A stretch of DNA of 38,531 nucleotides from Craspedostauros australis (Eukaryota), in contig JALAGF010004007.1 in assembly GCA_030167865.1 (NCBI GenBank), forward strand, positions 1-38,531, read 5' to 3'. A model generated the notes under the pieces. That model ran no database searches. It saw only the letters and a list, made by a program, of their open reading frames with translations, and was not told the origin of the DNA. Shown here in pieces: positions 9,935 to 20,300 of the stretch (position 1 is the first letter of the stretch; each line of letters opens with the position of its first letter). The position numbers and the translations under genes were made by a program.

Positions 9935-11815
9935 ATGATGGCACTTCCAAGGATCCGCCTGACGATGGCTGCCGCGTTCTTGTGCGCAAGCGTTGTGCAG
10001 ATTGACGCCTTCGTGCTGCGACGCAACCGATTCCACAGATTATCGCAGACGCAACCCTCGGCAGATCTCGGATCTTGCGCTGCGTCATCTTCTGTTCGTC
10101 CCGCCGCAAGAGATGGTGTCAATTGGAGATTGCATAGCAGCAGCAGCAGCAAAAATAACGACGGCAATGACGACAGCGACCAACTCTTGCAGGCCCTGCG
10201 TGCGCGACAGATGGAATTGGGACAAGAGCAGCTCGTGCAGGAACAGCGTTGGAGGAATGCCGATTGCGCCTCGGCCATTCGAGTGGCGTTGCCGGACTGG
10301 GTGCGTCGCATCGACGTGGATTATCCTCTCGTGGCATGCGGCACGTCCAAGGGGCATGTCTACATCTCCAATTTGGAAACGGGTGCGTTGATTGCGACCA
10401 ATTCCGATGGCAAGAGCGGTTTTGGATTTGAGGAGATGGAGAAAGGAGCTGATGGCATTTCCGATGGCCTCGCCGATGATGGCAGTGACGATGAACGCGA
10501 AGCGCAAGCGATCGTCAACGAGCTGGAAAAGCAGCTGGAGGAGCAGGATGATGATGGTGACGACGACGACGATGAGTATTATGAGGTTGACACTCTCGTC
10601 ACCAACGACGATGACGATGATAATGACGACGACGAGTTGGACGATGATGAATCACCCACTCAGATACTTCAGAGCGAAGTTGACAGAGTCGCTCACTTGA
10701 TGTTTGGAATGTACGACGGCGGTGGCACGCTCGATATCGCCTTTGCCGGCGACCTCGTCTGCATCGCCAACCGACAGGGCAGCGTCGAGGTGTGGAGGAT
10801 AGACCGATCGGTACCAGGCAAGACAAAACCGTTGGTTTCGCAGGGCACCATATCTGCGTTGAATGGCGTCATCGTCACACGCGCGCATTTGGACGAAGAG
10901 TACCTGTGGGTGGCCACAGCCACTGGCTCCGTGCAGGCATTTGCGTTGGACGGTGTCGGTGACGGTGACGACGACTCAAACACAGACGGCAACGACAATG
11001 CCGGCATGACCAGCAACATTGGAACGGACGCGGATACGAACACAAATACGAACGCGAACACGCCCACAACCTCCATGGGCTCAATCCTGCCTCTCGTCAT
11101 GCGCTACAAGCCGGACATGGAATGGAATCTCTCCGCGGGCACCATCCTGTCCATGTACTTGCATCCCGATCTGGGTTGCGGTGTCGTGGCCATGGAAGAT
11201 GGCCGTGTCGAAGTCATTTCGCTCGAGGAATCCGGCAAACGGCTAGGCTCCTTCATGCCACCGTTTGATTCCTCAAGTCGTCGATCAAGCAACGCCTTCG
11301 TCACCAGCGCAGTCATCGCATCCTACAAGCAATCCACGGCCGACGACATCCCCATCAACACTGATGACAATGTCATGGTCGACGATGCCAGCCAGGGCAC
11401 GAGGCTATCCACATCTTTCGATGCTGATGGTGCCGATGACAACGTACCGGTCTCCTACGCCGTCATTTGCGGTGGCAACGACGGCAGCCTGTGGATGCAA
11501 AATCTGCGCATCGACGAGGATGGCGAGGTCGATGAATACGATCCCTTCGAGGACATGATGGAACCATTACGACCGCCGCATTTGGGCGCTGTCAAATGCA
11601 TGGTGTCGCCGCGAGAAGGCCTGCTGGTATCCGGAGCGCTCGATGGATCCATCCGCGTCACCGACATCGCCTCCGCCAAGTCGCTGTATCAGTTCGTTGG
11701 ATTCAAAGCGTGGTTGGGGTCGATGTGGACTGACGGACGACGATTGGTCTCGGATGGCTGTGACAACACTGTCATGTTGCACGATTTCGCTTCGGAGGGA
11801 GATAGCGATGCTTAA
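9935..11815 (+). CDS. WD40-like beta-propeller protein with acidic insertions, predicted plastid-targeted
   Basis: WD-like units LVACGTSKGHVYISNL, ICGGNDGSLWMQ, HLGAVKCM..LLVSGALDGSIRVTD and RLVSDGCDNTVMLHDF. N-terminus MAAAFLCASVVQIDA|FVLRR. Poly-Asp tracts. Confidence 0.8.
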   Translation: MMALPRIRLTMAAAFLCASVVQIDAFVLRRNRFHRLSQTQPSADLGSCAASSSVRPAARDGVNWRLHSSSSSKNNDGNDDSDQLLQALRARQMELGQEQLVQEQRWRNADCASAIRVALPDWVRRIDVDYPLVACGTSKGHVYISNLETGALIATNSDGKSGFGFEEMEKGADGISDGLADDGSDDEREAQAIVNELEKQLEEQDDDGDDDDDEYYEVDTLVTNDDDDDNDDDELDDDESPTQILQSEVDRVAHLMFGMYDGGGTLDIAFAGDLVCIANRQGSVEVWRIDRSVPGKTKPLVSQGTISALNGVIVTRAHLDEEYLWVATATGSVQAFALDGVGDGDDDSNTDGNDNAGMTSNIGTDADTNTNTNANTPTTSMGSILPLVMRYKPDMEWNLSAGTILSMYLHPDLGCGVVAMEDGRVEVISLEESGKRLGSFMPPFDSSSRRSSNAFVTSAVIASYKQSTADDIPINTDDNVMVDDASQGTRLSTSFDADGADDNVPVSYAVICGGNDGSLWMQNLRIDEDGEVDEYDPFEDMMEPLRPPHLGAVKCMVSPREGLLVSGALDGSIRVTDIASAKSLYQFVGFKAWLGSMWTDGRRLVSDGCDNTVMLHDFASEGDSDA

Positions 11816-11962
11816 GATTCAGGTCAGTGAGTAGGCCTACCGTGAGTAGACAGACTGTGGTCGGAGAAGGAAATTCTATTTCTGATTGTACGAGTATGGG
11901 TGTACCAGAGTAGACCTCTCTGGAGCGCTATAGAGCTATGCTACTCTTCCATGAATATGCAT

Positions 11963-14641
11963 TCATGGTACAGGAAAAGTGCAAGCGTCCAGGGTTGGTC
12001 CAGATGCAGAGCAGTCCTCAGTCGCATTAGCGATGGTGTATGTCGCCTCTGTACTTCCATTGCACACACCTCCATTTATGCAGCCTGCGCAATACTGGTA
12101 GTCGCCATTGTCATAAAGGCAAACTCCCGCTTTGATGACGACATTGCTGACAGGAAGAGGGCCGCTGGCAAGTCCATTGCATACAGCGTTTCCCTGGCAT
12201 GCACCCTTTTCAATGATGAGGTTCCCGTGCACCTTAAAGCCCCCACCACGTGCATGGAGGCTGACACAAGTGTGTTGATCCTGACAAGCATCCTCTCCAA
12301 CGAAGACATTGGCCACAACCGGTGTATTGGTATTGCTTTGGGAAGAACGTGCCGCAAGGGCTGAGCAAGAACCGTATGAATCGCAGGATCCTTTCTCAAA
12401 TCTCAAACTGCCAAGGACGTTCAATCCAACATCATTACAACTGCCGTAAGCAGTACAGGCTCTTGGCCCAATCACCCTGTATCCAACCTCGAACTTGTCG
12501 CTTGGGAGGGTTTCGATTGTGCCAAACCCCGTGCACCCGTACCGCCGTGCGCAACTTTCAATGATGATGGTATCAGGGTACAGTCTTTCGCAAGATTGCC
12601 CCCCTTTGCAGGAACCAGTGGTCACTGTCATCACGCCTGTGGAAGGACTGGTGCTGCAATCATCGTTCCCTGTGCAACAACTTCCATTGCACGCCGCCGT
12701 CACAACAGTTCCACTGCCAGTGTATAGCTTCTTGCTTCCACTCACAGCCTCCAACAGCGCCAACATCACGCTTTCAGAGTCCTTGATCTTGTCAAAACGC
12801 TTCTGGGCCACCTGCAGCGACACAGCTGCTGGAGGGTCTGAGCCATCACATCCAAAGATGCTCTTGATCATGAGCTCTTTGTCGTCAGCCAGAGCATCAA
12901 GCGAAGCAAGGAAGTTGGCACATGGGCCTTCACCAACGTCACAGAGGATCTTGCCAGAAATCGTGTTGAAAGTTGATGTCACGTTTCCTGGACCGTTGAG
13001 GCATCCAACCTCAAATCCAGGTGTGCCAGTTGGTGACTGTGAGCGTGTTGGAGATGTGCTTGGTTTGTCAGTCGGCATGCTGGTCGGAATACGTGTAGGT
13101 TGAGACGAGATAGTTGGGAGAGGTGTTGGAGAAAATGTCGGGCAATCTGTTGGCAACGTGGCCTTGTCAACACAGTACTTGTCAACCATATCTCCTGTTG
13201 GGTTGTTGTTGGTGTCCCTGCCTCCCTTTGGACAGGCTCCGTCGACATCGCTGATGATGTAGACCTCATCGGAGTCGCACTCTGTCTTTGTCATGCATCC
13301 TCTGCAGCTATCAACGCTGCCACATCCACCAGGAGGGACGACGAGGTCGGTTCTCATCATGTCATTGAAGCCCATCATCTCACATGACCTATCACGACTG
13401 CAGCCACGATCACCGATCGTCAAGCTCCCTTCAACCTTACCACCACGACGATGATCCACTGTACCGTGGCTATTCTTGCAGGCATAGATGCCAACACAAG
13501 CATTCATACCAATGTCGATGTGGCTTCGGATGAGGACGGAGGATTTCTGCAAGGTGCGACGTCCAGCTCCATTGCATGCTTCGGATCCAATGCATGCGCC
13601 ATGCTGGATGGTGACATCACCATATGACCGATGGCCCACTCCCTCACAGGATCGTGCGGTGGTACATGCACCATCACCAATGAAGGTGACTCCTGTGACG
13701 AAGGGATTGATATTGTTTGTGTTGACGGACTCGCAAGCACTCACACCAGTGCAGGAGGAGTCCAGGATGAGTGGGTTTGGTCCCATCTCCTTACATGCGC
13801 CATCGCCGGTGCATGCAGTGATGGCGATGGTCATGAAAGGAGGAGGGTTGGTAGCAGAAGCGGTGATTGAGGTGCATCCTGATGCTCCCTGGCAGCATGG
13901 ATTGGTGATGGGAGGCGACTGCGCCATTCCGATGGCCATGCATGCCGCTTTCATTGCGTTAGGTCGTTCGGTGACGAGGACCTGCTTCGTGGCAGCGATG
14001 ATGGTGAGCTGTTCCGCGAGCATGTCGTTGGATGCGTAGTTGTTGAATAGCTTGCGTGCTGCTCCTTCTCCGAGGTTTCCTGCACACGCGAAGAAGTTCT
14101 GCAATGGCTTGTATTCCTTGACAGCGGTGACTGCCTTGCGACATGATGGCTTGTTTGCATCGCAAATGATGGTCTTGGCGGTGAATTCGTTGGGTGTGAG
14201 TGCAGTGGTGCCATCTGGTTGGCACTTGACAACGATGGTGGGATCGAAAGGGGCTGGGGCGGCTGATGGTTTGGATGTTGGATGAGTGGTTGGCGGCCCA
14301 GTCGGTTGGAACGTTGGTGGAGAGGTTGGGATGAGAGCAACGGCGGTCGATGGCGTGGCCGTTGGAGGATTGGATGGATCCACCGCGCCGCCGCCGCCGG
14401 TGTCGCTGCGGTTAGGGTTGGCGGTCTTGTTCTGTTTCGCCCCTTTCACACCACCGACAGCGGTCTTGAGCTTGCGGGTGGCTCGCAATGTGCGATGCAT
14501 CTCATCGGTTGTACTCGAGGTCTTGTAGTCGGCCTTGCCAGTGGTCTCGTCACTCATCTTTTCTCCTCGGAGACCAGCTTCGACCGTTGCCGAGTTGGCG
14601 AGGACGATGGCGCTGATGACGATTGCTTTGATGTAGATCAT
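11963..14641 (-). CDS. Secreted cysteine-rich repeat protein with Pro/Thr linkers (putative cell-surface or adhesive protein)
   Basis: Signal peptide MIYIKAIVISAIVLANSATVEA, then GLRG and HRTLRATRKL motifs, two (T-x-x-P)n linkers, and about 14 repeats of hydrophobic-x3-[AS]-C-x5-C. Uninterrupted 892-aa ORF. Confidence 0.88.
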   Translation of the reverse strand: MIYIKAIVISAIVLANSATVEAGLRGEKMSDETTGKADYKTSSTTDEMHRTLRATRKLKTAVGGVKGAKQNKTANPNRSDTGGGGAVDPSNPPTATPSTAVALIPTSPPTFQPTGPPTTHPTSKPSAAPAPFDPTIVVKCQPDGTTALTPNEFTAKTIICDANKPSCRKAVTAVKEYKPLQNFFACAGNLGEGAARKLFNNYASNDMLAEQLTIIAATKQVLVTERPNAMKAACMAIGMAQSPPITNPCCQGASGCTSITASATNPPPFMTIAITACTGDGACKEMGPNPLILDSSCTGVSACESVNTNNINPFVTGVTFIGDGACTTARSCEGVGHRSYGDVTIQHGACIGSEACNGAGRRTLQKSSVLIRSHIDIGMNACVGIYACKNSHGTVDHRRGGKVEGSLTIGDRGCSRDRSCEMMGFNDMMRTDLVVPPGGCGSVDSCRGCMTKTECDSDEVYIISDVDGACPKGGRDTNNNPTGDMVDKYCVDKATLPTDCPTFSPTPLPTISSQPTRIPTSMPTDKPSTSPTRSQSPTGTPGFEVGCLNGPGNVTSTFNTISGKILCDVGEGPCANFLASLDALADDKELMIKSIFGCDGSDPPAAVSLQVAQKRFDKIKDSESVMLALLEAVSGSKKLYTGSGTVVTAACNGSCCTGNDDCSTSPSTGVMTVTTGSCKGGQSCERLYPDTIIIESCARRYGCTGFGTIETLPSDKFEVGYRVIGPRACTAYGSCNDVGLNVLGSLRFEKGSCDSYGSCSALAARSSQSNTNTPVVANVFVGEDACQDQHTCVSLHARGGGFKVHGNLIIEKGACQGNAVCNGLASGPLPVSNVVIKAGVCLYDNGDYQYCAGCINGGVCNGSTEATYTIANATEDCSASGPTLDACTFPVP

Positions 14642-14647
14642 AGTGGC

Positions 14648-14680
14648 TCGATTGTTGATGGTCGATTGTTGATGGTCGAT
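14648..14680. repeat. 14-bp tandem repeat in the 5' UTR of the Cys-rich gene
   Basis: TCGATTGTTGATGG x2 followed by TCGAT. Confidence 0.8.
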
Positions 14681-14876
14681 GATTTGGTTTTGTGAGATGA
14701 AGAGTCAGTCCGAAGGTTGAATGAGATTTGACATGCAGAGATCGCCTCAGTGTTGAGATAGACACTGTATGTTGTGTGCTATTGTATGTACTCGTACCGT
14801 CATGTCGGCTTCGATCATGTGTGTGGATCAGAGCCTTCCCAACAGCGATGTTTAGAAGAGAGAAATACTTGTGCGC

Positions 14877-15150
14877 GGATCGGAATCTTCGCCACGATTT
14901 CGGTCATGTTCGGCAGAGAGCAACATGGTCGGAAGTGTGACCTCTGTGCATGGTGAGGGGTCTTCGCCACGATCATGTCTGAAAAGAGAAACGCTTTTGT
15001 AGCTGTGTGATCTCTGTCCTCCTGCATGGATCGGAAACTTCGCCACGACCAGTCGTACGACCAACTCATACCGATACATGGGAAAGGGAGCCTTCGACAG
15101 GCGCGATCTCTTGTTTGTCGGTAAGTATTGATTGAGAGCTTCACCACGAT
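14877..15150. repeat. Degenerate ~75-bp tandem repeat with core CTTCGCCACGA
   Basis: Core occurs at 14887, 14962 and 15038 (spacing 75 and 76), with variant CTTCACCACGA at 15139. GGATCGGAAwCTTCGCCACGA occurs at 14877 and 15028. GTGTGAyCTCTGT occurs at 14935 and 15005. Confidence 0.7.
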
Positions 15151-15749
15151 TCCCATGCGCTCTAGATCGTATCCACGTAGTACTTGAGTGCAATAGTTGT
15201 AATAACATACTCGCAGGTGTGATTGACGCACGTCTTGAGCAGGCGGAGTGTGCAGCACCATAGGTACACTTGTCCCTTGAATTGCGCGACATCTTGTTGG
15301 TTGGCGGTCAACGTCACATCCATGGAAGCGTGGGTATCGTACGACTATGGTGCACACTCGTGCTAGAGTACACCGCACACTACTACTATGCATGAAACCA
15401 AGATGGCGTACGTATGTAAGCGTGCAGTGCTACTAGCCATCTCGAAAGGGACTAACGACGTACCTTTGTTGAACACCCTTGATTTCGCAGAAAACCATTT
15501 GCTTCGAACCGTTCGATTCGCCAAAGTCGCGCGCAAAAACACACGAGAAACCTATCTTGTTTGTGTTCGCTCAGCTCTTTCCGTGTTGATGTGTGTCCGA
15601 TCAGCCGCAACGTGCGAATTGACAGTGATCCGTCACGAGGGACCTCATTCGTTGGATGAATGGATACCCATCTTGCGGTGCACAAGCAATGGAAGTGACG
15701 ATGCGAAAGGCAACCACGCGCATCACTGAGCCCGTGCCGATCCACAACG

Positions 15750-17159
15750 ATGCCGCACCCTACCAGCACCATGATGCTGCTGCTTGTATGCGTGGCGTTG
15801 CTCACATGGTCGCCCAAGACCTTGGCGGCGTCGCAGCATCGTCCTTCGTCATTGCATGCGCGAAGGAAACGACTGCAGGAATCGTCATGTTCCGATGCCA
15901 GCGACCCGCAATGCGGTGATGCGCCGCGCAAGGCGAAGCCCGTTCGAAGGAAGCGAAAGAAGAAGAAGGTGCGGCGCAAGCCATCGCAACCGAAGAAGAG
16001 GAAGAAGAAGCGATCGAAAGCCAAGCGCAGTCCAGATGGGCGTCAGACAGTGGCTACGTCGGATCCGCAGCAGTCGCAACGAGCAGATGAAGCATCAGGC
16101 CCAACGGAGAGCCATGTGAAGGCGACCTCGTTATCGCAAGTGGAAAGAGATGAGTCGGCGCAACAAGACCATGGCGCAACCAATTCCCAGCAGGAGTTGG
16201 TGAAGCAGAAACAAGATGAGCAGCCAGCAGATGACGAGCGCGTTGGTACCTCATCACCTCCTGCAGTGGCAGCAACGATCACGGGAGGCACGCAGTCGAT
16301 GCTCACAAAGAGCGCGACAACTGCAACTCGAAAGACCAAGGCATCCTCATCGACGTCAGCCTGGGTCAAACAGTTTCTATCCAACCATCCCAAGGATATC
16401 CTTCTGCCTTTGCCTTTGGATTTCTTGTCGGACGCCTTCAATCTGCATCAGCTCCCGCCGGTCATCGAGAGGATTGCGATGGAATACATCCCCGCGTCGC
16501 ACAAAGAGCGGCTGTTATCGTTCATCGTCGCGCACTATTACAACCGCAATGCCAGCAGCACCATCGCGCCGACGTACCCAATCTACCGACAAGCGCTGCA
16601 ACGCATCTTGGATAAGGCTCCATCGGCAGAACCAGACGACGAACTCGCAAAGATGGCGGACGACGTCATCCACCACGCCGCCAAGGCGCTCTACCTCCTC
16701 GTCCACGCCAGATTCGTGACGTCGCCGCGCGGTTTGGAGACGATGCGTCGAGTGCTCAGCAAGGCCGAACCGTTGTTCGGACGTTGTCCCAGCCGGGCCT
16801 GTCACGGCATGCCGTTGCTGCCGACCGGTGCCAGCGACGACTGCGACGCCTCGCTGCGTTGTCAGCGGTACTGCGCCTGCTGCGGTCGCGTGTGGTATCA
16901 TTGGGACAGCAAGATCGATGGATGCGCCTGGGGCACGTCGTTCTGCCATCTCTTCCTCTTCACGTACGGGCACAACATATTTCCCGATATCCTGAAGCAG
17001 CGGGCGGAACGGATGCGACGATTGCAGCAGGCCGCGTGCGGTGTTGCTTCGCTATCTCGTGAACGGCGCAAACCGTCGAACGAGGTCACGGTACGGCCTC
17101 GTATCTACGGATATCCCATTCATCCGTCGTCGCCGTGGGGGTTGTTGACTGTGGATTGA
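15750..17159 (+). CDS. Casein kinase II regulatory (beta) subunit homolog with long N-terminal extension
   Basis: CK2-beta motifs in the correct order: SAWVKQF, DFLSDAFNL, YRQALQRILD, AAKALYLLVHARFV, FGRCPSRAC..PLLPTG, YCACC, IDGCAWGTSFCHLF, PRIYGY. Start is ATG 15750 or 15771. Confidence 0.9.
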   Translation: MPHPTSTMMLLLVCVALLTWSPKTLAASQHRPSSLHARRKRLQESSCSDASDPQCGDAPRKAKPVRRKRKKKKVRRKPSQPKKRKKKRSKAKRSPDGRQTVATSDPQQSQRADEASGPTESHVKATSLSQVERDESAQQDHGATNSQQELVKQKQDEQPADDERVGTSSPPAVAATITGGTQSMLTKSATTATRKTKASSSTSAWVKQFLSNHPKDILLPLPLDFLSDAFNLHQLPPVIERIAMEYIPASHKERLLSFIVAHYYNRNASSTIAPTYPIYRQALQRILDKAPSAEPDDELAKMADDVIHHAAKALYLLVHARFVTSPRGLETMRRVLSKAEPLFGRCPSRACHGMPLLPTGASDDCDASLRCQRYCACCGRVWYHWDSKIDGCAWGTSFCHLFLFTYGHNIFPDILKQRAERMRRLQQAACGVASLSRERRKPSNEVTVRPRIYGYPIHPSSPWGLLTVD

Positions 17160-17243
17160 GGTTTTTGGTTGGGAGGAAGGATGGAGGTCGTCTTTCTTGC
17201 CGCGATGAGTAGAGCTGTTGCAAAGCATTGTATGGTGCGGGAT

Positions 17244-17266
17244 TGTACTGTACTGTACTGTACTGT
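17244..17266. repeat. (TGTAC)4 microsatellite between convergent 3' ends
   Basis: tgtactgtactgtactgtactgt. Confidence 0.85.
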
Positions 17267-17397
17267 CAATGGCTAGAGAGTACGCGTGTTGCGCCACTAA
17301 TACATTACTACTATACATATACGTATCTGTGCACTACGGGATGCAGTTTTACTTCCATGATGGAACCATGCGGAGTGCAGAATTCGGATGCTCTACC

Positions 17398-20300
17398 CTA
17401 CTCGTCATTCGTTGCGGCCAAAGATGCCGCTTCGGAGGTGGTGGCCGTCACCGCATTCGACGACGCCTGGGTGGAAATGTGATCCGTAGGATCGGTCAGC
17501 ACGGAGATGCCATCCAAATCCCTCGGTAGCGGGTTGGAGTGCTTGGCTTCCAGCTTTGATTCGATGACGACGCTGCCGGGTGCCTTGGAGTCGAAGTACT
17601 CCGCGTCGATGCTGTTGCCCTTGCTCCTGCCGTTGCTGCCGGTCCTGGAGTCGTTGCTGTGGATCATCTCGCTGATGGATGCCGATGTCGTGTCCGTGTT
17701 GATACGCAGCGAGTTGCGCTGATCCGGGCGCAGGTTGCTGAATTGATACCCAGTGCATTCTGTGATCTGGTTCTTGGTGATGGCGGAACGGATGTAAGCG
17801 CCTCTGGTTTCTGCTAGGTGCTTGACCTTGCCTGACGCGCCCCATTCGCCGTAAAAGTAATTCGCCTGGGTCAGGTATCTAGCTGCCAGTTCTTCGTGAC
17901 CGTGCTTGAGGAAGAACTCGCCGGCCACCTCGCTTCCCAACGCGGCATCCTGAACGTGCCCGACTCGCACGGCCTGCTGGATGGCATCATCGTAGGCCTT
18001 CTCGGCAGTCGAAGTGTTGTTGGACGTTATCCTTGCGTTGATATCTGCCTCCAGCAACGCATGTCTGTGCTGGCTGTTAGCGCCGCGCGTGCGCAACATC
18101 TGCTGGAATGAACGCGATATCTTCTTGGCCTTCTTGCGGTGCTTCGCTTGTCCTGTCGCGTGGAACATGCCAGAATGTGCAAGGCCCCCCATAAACATTC
18201 GCAGCACGGTTGAGATATACCCGAGATCGTGCGTTACGAGTGGCTTCAGAGCTTTTGCCATGCTGAGGGCGAACTCCAAGTTGCGATAGTACACGCCCAA
18301 TTCCAACCGCGAAGTGTACTCATAGATGTACACATACGTATCCCCCTTGGCGACGGTTCCCTGCGACCCGAATCGCGCAAGCACCTCCCAATCGATGGTG
18401 GAGCAGTCCTCCGGGAACTGGCTCGTCGGTCCACTGCCGCGGAGGTACTGGATGATGCGGAACTGCGCCATGGAAAATCTGGAGACTACATCGATGCAAT
18501 AGTAGTCCATCTCTTCAAGAACCTCGCTGTATGCCAGCTCCAGCATCGACAGGGAGTGACCGATGGAGTAGGCGAAGTGTAACCGTGCTGTCTTGTTCAT
18601 GGCACCATTTTCAAAATCACCCGTCTCGAATCCTGCCAACGCTCCGCGCTCGTAGGTCTCAAGGACGTCCGCATGTGGGTCCTTCCAGGCGCTAATCATG
18701 TGGGTTGTGCTGACCAATACCTTTGCCTCCAAATGCTTGGCATTCGATGCATTCAGAAGCTTTTTCGACAAGTCGCAGACCCGAGTGGCGACCTCCTGCT
18801 CGTTGATTTGGCTGAGGAAGAGGGAGTAGGCTGATAACGACATCGCCGTGTGCTGCGTCAATCCGTGTCGGTACAGGATGTCCAACGATTGGAGGCTGCA
18901 CATGAGATACTCCATCATTTCACCACAGTAGTAGGATTGGGATGCAGCGCTGAGGTAGACTTCCATGGCGATTTCCAAACGAGGGTCTTGCACTTGCGGC
19001 ATGAGGAGGATGTTATCATCCGTGTGGGTTTGGAAGAAGCGTTTGGAGGCGAAGTGCAGACGGCTCAACCGCAACGCGTACATGCGACGTGGGTACAGGT
19101 CCATCTCGCGCAAGCAGCTGATGTAGAGCTGCTGCGCCTTCTTGTGCTTATGCTGCCGTCCCAACGACGATCCCATGGTCAAGTTCGTGGGCAGCCGATC
19201 GTCGATGCATCTCGCATGATCCATGACCTCGCCGCACAGGATGTATCCCTCGGAGAAGTTGCCACGCCAAAGCTCCACATCGGCGGCCGTTCGGTACAGC
19301 CGCAACAGCAAGTCGTAGTGCTCATCATTGTCGCCCCACGTATAGGGCCACAGGGTTTTGGCGACGTGAAGGCTGTGCACAAGGTACTTGGCGGCCGTGT
19401 CGAATGCGCCGACCGCCGACGCCCGTTCCCCCACGCGCAGATTCACGTCGAGCAGCAGCAAGGGCTCGTCGCGCATCAATTGTTCGCGCGATATGTTGAG
19501 GTGGTCACTGGCGACGAACAAACACCAATCCTTGTCGGTCGTATCCTGGTGGAAATGCTGATATTGGTTGTCGTTGTTGTTGTTCGACGATGATGCCATC
19601 TGCGGTGGCCCGGAATTGGTGCCGATCATGTAGAGCCGCCGGCCGAGCTGCACGCGGAACGCATCGCGTTGGGGACCCATGGGAATGAGGGAGCATGCCG
19701 CCTGTTGGACCTTGTCGTGGGCGAATCGGTAGATCGTCGATCCGACGTTGTTCGTCAGGAATCGTTCCAGCACGGCAAGGTCCAGGAGCTTGACCAGCTC
19801 GTCTTCTTGTTGCAGATCGATGGATGGCAGCGCGGCGGGCGATGCTGACGCGTTGCTCTCATGATTGCGAGGCGCACTATTGCTGGCGGCCGCATGGTCG
19901 TCATCCCACGCCAACGACGACAGCTGACGAATGGTATCGACGTCGATCGTGTTGCGCGTGTAGGCCGCCAGCTGCAGGATCTGCTGCAGCTTGATGGGCG
20001 CACATTGGATGCGCGCCATGACAGCATCGAGGACGTTGTCGCTGAGCTCCGCCTCCAACCCGGCAACCGATTTGATGTTCCAATCCCACTGGAACATCAT
20101 GCGAGAAAAGAATAGCACGCCGATGCGTTCCAACTCCTCCAACGACTGCAGCGTGAAGAAGACGTTGCCTCTTGTTTTGTTGTAGATGGCCTTGGTGAGG
20201 CTCTCGCATTCCGTGCGCGTGAGGGAGAGGATATCGGCGATGAGGTCGCCGGTTTCTTCGAAGGATAGATTCAATAGATCAATTTGAACTATGTGCGAAG

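Noticed and set aside
14877..15150. CRISPR-like interpretation of the spaced CTTCGCCACGA cores
   Set aside because: The core is only 11 bp, the spacers resemble each other, no cas genes are present, and the context is eukaryotic. Kept as a degenerate tandem repeat.
15500..15525. GTTCGATTC, resembling a tRNA T-loop / B-box
   Set aside because: Flanks do not form a T-stem and no cloverleaf can be built.
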